Below are positions 37,211-47,264 of a stretch of 64,000 nt of DNA, in pieces. The notes beneath the pieces were generated by a model. That model saw nothing but the letters and a program-made list of their open reading frames with translations. It did no database searches and was not told where the DNA came from. The position numbers and the translations under genes were made by a program. This DNA is from Macrostomum hystrix (taxonomy: Eukaryota > Animalia > Platyhelminthes), in assembly GCA_950097015.1 (NCBI GenBank), contig CATNEN010000027.1, forward strand, positions 62,001-126,000. The letters are read 5' to 3'. How positions within the stretch are numbered: the first letter of the stretch is position 1; every line of letters begins with the position of its first letter.

Positions 37211-37766
37211 GAATCCGGTCCATTTCAGCGACAAGTCATTTCGGCGACAACCACTTCGGCGACAAACATCAAAACCGTAGTAATAATGGATCTGATAGTG
37301 TTTGCTTATTGAGTATGTAATGTATTTGATTCATCTACTTGTTAATGTATTCCTGTTATAGTATTTGTTTTAACATGTAATATAAATAGCAAGTTTGGAT
37401 CAGTTTGGTCCGCGCTCTATGTGCATCAACCTCACCTGTCTTACTTATAAGTAGCATCGTTTGCGTCACCAATATTTTTGTGACGGCAAATTTTGCTGAC
37501 TCGCTTGCAGCCACATGAATGCCCCTGTGGGACAGTAAGGTCTTTTACTTTTAATCGAACTTATAGATCTAATTGAGATGCATTAGATGCAACAGTGCAT
37601 TTGTTGCCGATTTGTTCCGCGCTTCTGCCGATTTGTGGCTTCTTTTATTTGATTTAAACAAATGTAAAAAATATATAAATAAAATAAATTTGTTCCACCG
37701 CTTCAAAAGTATTGTCGCCGAAATGGTTGTTGCCGAAATGGTATGTGGCCTAAATTGACTGTGTAC
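37211..37766. mobile_element. Non-autonomous MULE/Phantom-like element, 556 bp
   Basis: Subterminal inverted 15-bp repeats (catttcggcgacaa) at both ends; exact 8-bp TSD ttaggggc. Confidence 0.75.
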
Positions 37767-39430
37767 TTAGGGGCTTAATAATTAATTTCAGCCTTTTACT
37801 GAAAAACTGTTGGAATGTTAACTTAAACACCACAAATAGCTATCAGACACTACACCGTAGATAGGTAACATAAGCATATAATGCTATAGCTAACTATAGC
37901 TAAAAGTAGTATTTTATTTTAAGTTTTACTTTAAATTGAGACAGAATATATATAACAATTAACATTGAGACCAGTATAGTAAAAACATATATTATGCCTC
38001 ATAATTTATTAAGCGACGCCGTAGTTAGGAGCAGATTATACATCAATAATCCACAGACCTAGAGAATTTCACGCAATATTAGTTTGAGTTCTGTTTTAGA
38101 CGAGTTAAACACTATTGAGTGAAATCAAATATGCGCGTGTGAAACTTAACTCGAACATAAGAAACTTAATATATTCTTCTCTACCTTCTAACAAGGTCAG
38201 TAAAGCAACGTGCAGTCTATATGAACAACAGTCATGAGACTGCTAGAGAAAATGATAAAATCAAGGACCACTAGAAGACTAAGATTCTAAGTGAATAAAA
38301 TATATACAGAATTTGAATTTTAAATAATTGCTTATTGTCCAAACATTGCTGCTTAGGATAAACAAAATATTTTTTCAGTAGATATTGCTATCAATAAAAA
38401 AATATAATCTGTTGAAGAACCGTTTGTGCCATTGTGTAAGAACCGACGAACATTTTTACGAGAATAAGAGGACCTAATCTCCATTGAGTCCAGGCCAATT
38501 ATCCATTCGTAACACTGACTGAGGAATTTTCTCACACCTCTTTCTTCCTAGCACACTGCACTCGGCCTTTTGTTTCATATTGAGGTGCAATATTTTTATA
38601 TCTTTGCTTATTATGTGAATGCCGAAATTGCCTCAACTTTTTTAACCCTCTAAATGTGTCCAACACTCTAATATAACCAATTTAACAAAAGGTAAATATG
38701 CTGCACATTACCTCCAAGTAAGAATGAATGTAATAATAATTAGCGTAAGCGCGGGAAAGCAGCGCCAGTAAAATTTCCTGTGTTTTATCCCAATCTTGCT
38801 AACCACAACAATCATCATGCAGCTTCCGATATCTAAAAGTGGTATAACTAGCTGATATTATAAGTTGTATAACATCCCGTTGTGTTTGCCTAATTTCTTT
38901 ATTTTTTCGCGTGGTTAATCACAATCTCTATTGTTAAGAGCCACTCAGTTAGAGATTGCTACCAGTCTCTTGATACCAAACGGCACAAAGCATGTTTGTC
39001 TGCTTGAAGTTACGTCTTACGTCGTTTTATAAATATGTTACAATATATTGAGCACAAAGTCGTTGAACTAAGATTCTGTAAAGATGAAAGTGTACTGGTT
39101 TAGTCGTACGCGTTTTTGTTTAATATATAGTTGACTTGCACAATCTGCAGCAGATTTGCACTTGCTTTTTACTATTTTTGGCGGAGAGTGCACTCTACCC
39201 CAGAGAGCCGGCCCCAGACATCACACCACTGTCTGGGCACTCGCATTGGTTTGCGATCCTCACTGGGGTTGAGGACATGGGCTCTTTGTCTGGGGCACAG
39301 AGCCCTCACACCGTTTTGCGATCTTAAATAAACTCGAACTCATTAGCGCAGCCAACTCGGCAACCCGCTACAAATCCCTATATATCAACAGGTGCAGCTA
39401 ACTGATTATTTACTATATGGGACATGTCAC

Positions 39431-39783
39431 ATTACAATAAATAATAATATTTACACAGGGTTGTGTAGCACTGAGTCACTGACGCATTGTTTGTCGACAG
39501 GAAACCCGCAGCCAGCCAGGAGGAAAATCTGTGGATGCTGCTTACTTGAGAGCACACAAGCTCTCATAAACAGGCAAACACTCACACAAGTTTACATCCG
39601 CAGACTTCCTCATCGTTTCCACTATGCCTTGGGGACGGGGTTGGCCCTAATGGGTGTAAATTGCGCAAGCCTCAAAGCGCAGCTTGTTCTTCACGTCTGC
39701 GTCTAAAACAAACATGGCCTCGCGGTGGATTCGAACCCAGTGATCTCTGTGCTAGACTCAGACACTTCAACCGCTATGTGACT
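39431..39783 (-). mobile_element. tRNA-derived SINE, diverged relative of family A
   Basis: Head with B box gggttcgaatcc. Body blocks gcaatttacacccattagggccaacc, cgatgaggaagtc and gctggctgcgggt align to 7647-7980. T-rich tail. Confidence 0.75.
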
Positions 39784-40143
39784 TAAATACGAGATGCTTA
39801 CATAGTAAAGCTAAAGTAAAAGAAGTTCAATTCTTAGTTGCTAAGCAAAGGCCAAGACAGTAAGACCGAAATATTTTAGTAATTCTTCATATAAAATGAC
39901 CGATTGTGGTGGGAGCATATTCAATCATTCTAATTGGAAAATACAAGGTTATACAGAAACTGAAAGTACATAGCTGGAACAGTAAAATCAGCACATTAGC
40001 ATTATAAAGCGCAGTTTTGGTATTCACAAACTAAATAATATTGAACTGAATGGTACATTTAACCAACAGAAAAACACAGCATTATTGAATGAAACGTTTG
40101 GGCTGAGTAATAAATTAGTACAGCATAAATTGGAAGGTAGGCA

Positions 40144-42136
40144 TCACTTCTCATCAGCAGTTGTCTGCGCCAGGAAGGCTTTGATACGCTGCAGTAGCTC
40201 CTTTTTGACCTCGTCCGGCACCAGAGCGCGCCCCTTCGGCGTTATCTCAGCTACAAGATCGTCTACGGTGATCTGCTCGAGGCCCTTCTGGCGCACAATC
40301 TCCTTGCAGTGCTGCTTAAGCTTCTCGCGCCAGCCGCACTCATTTAGCCTGGTTCGGAGCAGCTCTTTGAGGCGTTCGCGCTCGCCAGACTGAATCAAGC
40401 GCTGATTGACCTGGGCGCGAACTCGGGCTCGCTTCTCACTGCAAGGATGATTGAGAAGGGAGATGGAGGAAGAAGTAAATATTTAATCGACTTAAGTCCA
40501 GATATGTAACTGGCAGATAAAAATAAGTAGAATACTAAAAAAAGTAGCAAAACTATATTTAACTAACAAAAAAATGCACCTGTTAATATTCTAACCCTCA
40601 TTGTTGACCCAAAAATCTCAATTCACATTATCATTGCCAGACAATTTTGCCATTTGGCATCAATAGCAAATAGGAATTTTATATTTAAGATAAGGCTCTA
40701 TGTCTGAATTGGATCATATACTTTCATGATCCAATCTTACATTATAACATTGTTCTAAAGCTCTACTTTAGCTATGTAGAGTCCATAGTCAGGAAGGTGG
40801 CACAGCATGTGCCAGAATAAATTTTGGAGGGACAATCTGTGCGCCATAGGTGCACCGTCTGTGCGCCATCTATGCGCAGTTTCTGTCCCTTAACCCTAAC
40901 CCTAAACAGAAAAGCACACTATGTTAACCTAAGACCCTTTGTGTGCGCCACACTTGTGCGCCAATGTGCACCAAGACCCTTTGTGTGCGCCGTAATTCGC
41001 CCCCCAGAGGCCACCTTCCAGACTATGGTGTATAGTTATCTGTTATTTTATCAAACAAATTAAATAGGCAGACACGCTTACAAGACCTTGAATTTATGTC
41101 AAATAAAAAACTTTTTAGTCATAGTCACAAAGTTTTGTAATATGACCAGAATTTATTCTGGTCATTCTGACCAGAAGTAAACTTTGGACAAGGACAAAAG
41201 TGCAGAGCAAGACTTTAGACGAAGATTGTATGTGGTTGCTTGCCAATTAACTGACCATAAATGTAGTTATTTTTAGAGCATGAAAAACGTTTTCAAATTA
41301 CATAATTCGTGATAGTTCACTCCTTAAAATAAGATTAAACCACTCACTCAAATTGTAAAACCAAACATCAAATTCTCTGTTTGGTTTGAAGAAACATGAA
41401 AATCATTGTTTGGTTTTAGATAAAAAGCAGGAATAACTTTTTTCTATTTGATAAAATAGCAAAAGCAGATACTTTTTAGAAAGATGTAACTGTTTTCTAT
41501 AACTTGGCTTTTGATTTATCATCATATCTTAAATAGAAAATCTGTAGCTTAGGTTTGAAGTTAAAAAATACACATTCTTGTTTGGTTGATGATACATTAC
41601 CCAAATAGACAATTTAGAAACTTATATTTTTTGTAGGGCCTAACACCCTTAAGTGTATCTAATTTCTAAATATTGTAAGCACAATAATCTTTGGCTCTTT
41701 AAATACACTGTGTGACTTTCGGTGTATCTAATTTCTAATGATTGTAAGCATGTTGATCTTTGGCTTACAATATGTAGTTACATGTTACACAAGAGGCAAA
41801 CATGATTTTGGTATGTGAGGGGATACTTCAAATTTACAGTGGCAATCAATCAATCATTTGATGATTGATTGCTGGTTACCAAAATGTCTCAGCATGTTAC
41901 TGAAATGTCTGTTATGGAATTGTCTGTTCTGCCGAACTGTCCTGCCCCCAAAATAACTATTTTATTTATGACTTTTTCTGATAAAAAATTATTTTATTTA
42001 TGTTTATAGCATAATTAAAATGTCCTACCTACAGTGTAGGCAATATTTCGATAGTATACATTGGCATTGGCAATAAATATAGATAAATACAAAATAATTA
42101 CTAATATAGTTAATGCCATACTTACTCAATGTCCAT
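40144..42136 (-). CDS. ENY2: ENY2/Sus1 (SAGA DUB module and TREX-2 subunit), 101 aa; exons 42136-42126, 40438-40144
   Basis: Near-identical core [11 protein letters not shown]...[28 protein letters not shown]. An 11-nt first coding exon ATG GAC ATT GA|GTAAGT supplies the phase 2 required by the 40438 acceptor. The first-exon assignment is inferred. Confidence 0.92.
40783..41027. mobile_element. MITE (8-bp TSD class, hAT-like), 245 bp, in the ENY2 intron
   Basis: 19-bp TIR ccatagtc(a/t)ggaaggtggc; flanks tgtagagt / tgtatagt (7/8); internal taaccctaaccctaa. Confidence 0.78.
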
Positions 42137-43645
42137 TCTTGCTTTCAACAGAGCAAAATCAGTTGCACGATCAACAGACAACAGGGAACTTAATTAAAGC
42201 TTTCTTAAATATAAAAAGTGACTAGTGTGTGTCCTCAGTCTAGCAATATGAAAAACACTGTCATACGATTCCCAGAATAGCTTCTCGTTCGGATCCTACT
42301 ATAAATAGAGTAAAAACACACAGTGGAAAATGAAGACAGTTTATATACCAGTGTCCTATCGTTCGCAGTAGGCACTGATTGCTTTTGAATGAATATTTCT
42401 GCTACAGGTGATACCGAAAATTATTTGCGTCGAGCAATTTAAGTTAGCGCTTGTTGTTCCGTTTAGCATCTATAACTAACAATAAAACACAAATTCTAGA
42501 AGCAATTGGCTCTACAAGACTTGAGCGAATGCATGATTTTTTAATACTTTATTAACAAAAATATTTTATGTGCGAAGTCTTTGTTTTGTTTCTTAGAAGA
42601 TGTGGTGGTATGGTGGTAAAAACCGGTTCCCGACGAACCAGAACAATTGTCTTGTCGTAGGAGGCCTATTCATCATTTGGGTTGTCTATTTTTTAAGTTA
42701 AGATATGCTTCTTGTTAGTTAAAAATGTATAATGACCTTAGAATTTTTTGTATTTCCCTTCGCTATCGGAATAGGCCTGCTTACTATAATTCTATGGGAT
42801 GAGAATTCACCTATAGTTAGGTTAACTATAGGTGATCTGACCATGACTGTGTCAGATCCAGCAAGTTTTAGGCCTAATGAATGGCTATTGTTTTGAAAGC
42901 CTAATATAGATATGTCAGAACTAATTGTAAAAGTAACTCCTAATTAGAAATAAATTACATAATTACATAATTAATAAATTACAAAAGTACATAAAAGTTG
43001 CATTTGTTTCCATGTGTACTTGTTTAAACAGCAGAATTATAAGCACTATTGTATTTTTCTTAAGTTTTTTATTAATGTTTAAAAAACATTTTTCATTTAT
43101 ATTTTTTTGCTAGAATTTAATGTTTTAAGGCTAGACATTGAATCCTCTTGCTTCTAACACTTGTCACTAAATATATTTTGCCTTTGTTTATTTGTGCAAT
43201 TAACAAATTCAATAGGTGTCATTAGCAAATATGTTAGTGATAGTCAGTTTTCACAGTAACTAATATTAATAATGGTGAATCAAATAAAGTATTTTTCTAG
43301 TTGTTGTTCCTATGCATTAGGTGCCCCATGAACTCTTGGAAATAGACGTAAAATAGGGTAGGCCTATCCAACATCCCAAGGAAGCAAGAATATATTTTTA
43401 TAGTACTTAAAGCCTCTGTATTTTTGTAAACCAGTTTTAATGAACAAAACTCTTTTAGTATTTAAGCAAAAAATTAAATAAAAAAAACTAGGCCTACTTT
43501 TTTAGTGCTTACTTAGCCCATATTTGCTCAGAGTCTGACAGGAGAAATTAGGCCTGGCATACCTCCAATACAACTGCTTAAGTATGTCTTCAACTCAGCT
43601 ATCAACTATATGGGGCCTCCAACGGATATGCCTCTTGGGATCTTA

Positions 43646-45039
43646 GATGGCAATGCTTATTCCCATGGTCCAGTGCCGATAATTTGAATTTTATCCTCAC
43701 GGATCCGTGCCGATAATTTTCTGCTTATCCACATGGCAGCTTGTATGAATAGGTCTACAACTCTTTATGTATGCCGTGTCATTAATTTAAATTTTATCCA
43801 CACAGATCTGTGCCAATAATTCTCTGCCTATCTACATGGGTGACATGGCAGCTTGCTTTGCTGATAACTTTAAGAACTTAAAGCACATATTTTACAGGAA
43901 TTGTGTAGCGATTTTCATGTACTAGGCCTATATACAACTGGCCATATATGTTTTCTAGAACCTGCAGTACCTGTAGTTGGGCCTCTTTTAATTATAAGCA
44001 ATGCACACATTAAATTTTGAATAATCATTTATTTTGAATAATATGTAACATTGCTAACAATGGCATGAGAAATCGCGCTGACATTTGTATTGCACACACG
44101 CTCGAAATATGATATGATGCACATGCGCAAATGATACTACTGACTTGTTACCGTATGAAAATAAGGTTCAGAAACTTGACGAAAGCATGTCAACTAGTTC
44201 CGTGCTTTCTTCTACGAAACTTTACAATTGTGTGTCCTTCCAGACTTAAGCGCTAAATTCTTGAGAGTAAAACCGGTGTCCCAATGCTTTTGCTGGACAA
44301 TTTTCTTCATTAGATATATACATGCGCAACACCCGGCCGACCCGGCCGAACCGGCCAGGTAAAATGAGGGCCAAGCAAGGTAAGTTGCAAAAACCAATCG
44401 ACCAAGCGCAAAAAAATCAAAGGGGGGACCTAGGGACAAAAAAGGAAGGCATGAAGAAAAGGGAAAAGGGGAGAGAAAAAGAGAGCAAATGAGAGCAAAC
44501 TAAGTCGTAAATAGAGCAATGAAACAAACTAAGTCGCAAATGAGAGCAAAAACTAAGTCGCATGGCTGGCTAAGATTTGGGAGGTTGCGCATGTATGATT
44601 AGATAGATAGGTTTTTTCTCTACTTTGAAGTCCCTACCTATTCTTCTCTGAGCATAAGGCTTTTGCTTCAGTGTATAGTGTATAGTGTACACTATCAATG
44701 CATAGTGTAAAAGAATAACAACAATGTATAATGTGTGACGATTTTGGTGCTGACTAGAATTCTGCTGGTTGACTTGTATGATTTTCTTTGATAGACTTCT
44801 TACTTTTTAAGTCAATACAATTCAAGTGAAAACACTAATGATGACAAAATGGGATAAGCAGAAAATTATCGGCACAGAACTGTGTGGATAAAATTGAAAT
44901 TAATGGTACAGCATATATAAAGAGTTGTAGACCTATTCATACAAGCTGCCATGTGGATAAGCAGAAAATTATTGGCATGGATCCATGTGGATAAAATTGA
45001 AATTATCGGCACAGGACCGTGCGAATAAGCACTGCCATC
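43646..45039. mobile_element. Long-TIR (about 200 bp) non-autonomous element with TTA TSD, PIF/Harbinger-like
   Basis: 43646-43850 is an imperfect inverted repeat of 44850-45039; TTA lies on both flanks. Confidence 0.75.
44317..44597. mobile_element. hAT-type MITE, 281 bp (innermost nested element)
   Basis: TIR atacatgcgcaac / gttgcgcatgtat; exact 8-bp TSD attagata. Confidence 0.8.
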
Positions 45040-47264
45040 TTAGACACTTTGTCATCTTACAACTTCGTCATCTTACAACTTTGTCATCTACTTGGAAGGT
45101 AAGACACTTCGTTATCCAGCCAATTGGCGTGCTTTAGAGTTTGGTCAGTTTGTCATCTACTAACAACAAAGAAGGCAAGTTTGTCATCAATAAAGTGAGA
45201 GTGGTGTAGTGGTGCAGAGGTGTGAACACACTTCACACTCTTCACTCTTCACACTTCACACAAATTGTAAAAAAATGTGTCAAAACTGATTTCATTGTGT
45301 AACAGGGCTGATGACCCTTCTTTTATCTCTCTTGGTAGCGTATTCTTTTGGCCTCCTTTGTCACTTATTTCTCTCTCTAACTCTTTGTATTCTCCCTTAA
45401 ATCTTATCTTGGTGACCCTGAAAAGGGCCGTTTTAACTCCACAACTCTTACATTGTGAGCTTCCCTTAAGGTAGCGCTTTTGCACTGGCACGAGCGGTTT
45501 ATCCTTCTAAGGCACTAGATCTCTTATTCTCCTGTCTCAGCTGGGCGTTTCTCCATGATCAGAGGGTCACAGCCTCAATCTTCGTCTTATCTCCACACTA
45601 GACAATATCTCCTTATTAAATAACACAACAAGTTCACTTATTCAAAGGGTGTTACTCAGTTGTTGCCTTTCTTGGCTCACTGGTGGGTTGATTTATTTCT
45701 AGTCACAAAATTTCTCACTTATATAGTGTTTTCTTTTAAGATTTTTTTTAATACCATATTTTACTAAAATAAAAAAGATATTTGTAATATATATAATATG
45801 TATCGCGCAGAAATATAAAAATATAATTAAGATATAGCGCAAAAATAATATTGGACTGTCACAATTATAAGAGTTGAAAGATAGGCTAGGTGCCAACACA
45901 ATGTGAGGAGGGGTGGGGAGGGTTGCTTCTGTTCTAACTTCGAAAACTTCTGTTTTATAGATGACAGAGTGTCCACAAGTCTAATTCTCGTCGTCATCCA
46001 CCCTCTGAGATATTGGACAGATCGTCATCTGGATGAAGAAGTTGTAAGATGACGAAGTGTCCAGGTACCTGCCTCTTGTGTAGCAATAAAGCCAATCCTC
46101 TTGTATAGGACAGAAGTGGTACCAATGACCAACATATAAGAGCAAGTCCTAGACAGCGGACATGCTCTACAGGTCCTATGAGTGCTATCTTAGTATGCAT
46201 TTACCTTGATGGGAGGTTGCTATCCAAAGACCTAATGGCCTGGGTTGGTATCCCTGACCTGATCATTACCCTGTATTGGTGTTGCTCAATGCTATTTGGC
46301 CATTGCCTACATAGTCATGGCCATGGTGCTTAAATCCTGTTGGCATTAGTCCTCCTACACTAGTCAATAAATTGGAAACACAATTGCTAAGGGCACAAGA
46401 CTGTAGTGGCTGACTTGTACATGTTAGCCCTAGACCATAGCCATCATTCCCCTCTGTTTTGCAAGTGTCTACACAAGAGCTCAATTCATATAAAACAACA
46501 GCTGCTGATTCCTTAGCTATATATTTTATGCTTTGTTATTGAAAAATTATTGTAGATTTTTTAATACCTTTACTGGCTATAGTATAGTAGAAAAGGATAT
46601 AATTTTATAGTTACATAGCTGAGATGTGCTGTGCTGTTTTACAAAAAATATCATTTTTTAAGATAAATATTGAGCTTATCCTAATTCCTAATTTTGGCCA
46701 AACAAATTTTGGAACTTAGTTCACAAGAATTAAATTTTATGTATTGGGTTCCTAAATTTCTGTCTTGATTAGGATCCAATTTGTGTCAAGATTTGACCTC
46801 TAAGGAAGCTAATAAATGGATTTATTATATTATATTATATTGGTATATATAGATATAGATAAAAATATTAAATGCTTATAAGTTGTATATTATATCAAAA
46901 TTGCCTATAAGCCACATTTATATAATTGCAGGATTTGGCTTGCAATTTTTTCTGGCTTATACTCCTATTTAGACTGAAAAATTGACAGTCTACATTTGGG
47001 ATCCAATGTAGTTATATGTTTTTTTCATTGCACTGGAATTTTTTCAAGTGCACATTTACAGTACACATGCTTTAATATAGTTACACATACAAACTTTGTC
47101 AAAGAGGCACCTATGTACTCGTATTAGGCCCACTGTCATGATGTACTGTTCTCACAGCCAGACATATGCCAACAGCTATACTTATGAAAAAATGTCAATA
47201 GTCATTACAAAGACGAATGATTTTGCAGGCATTGGCTGGCGCCCAGCTGGGCCACACCAGTCGC

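Larger units (their letters stand above)
43638..46069. mobile_element. MULE/Phantom-like non-autonomous element (outer element of a nested set)
   Basis: Exact 9-bp TSD tgcctcttg (43629-43637, 46070-46078). Removing the inner element restores ggatcttagacactttgtcatcttacaac, the inverse of the right end gttgtaagatgacgaagtgtccaggtacc. Confidence 0.72.

Noticed and set aside
40888-40905. Telomerase RNA template-like ctaaccctaa
   Set aside because: Embedded in a MITE with TIRs and a TSD; no pseudoknot or H/ACA context seen.
42807-42835. Perfect 13-bp-stem hairpin tcacctatagtta-ggt-taactataggtga
   Set aside because: Isolated, with no associated element or other copy; cannot be assigned a function.
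45960-46500. Possible decayed LINE or reverse transcriptase fragment
   Set aside because: No recognisable RT motif and frames are interrupted by stops.
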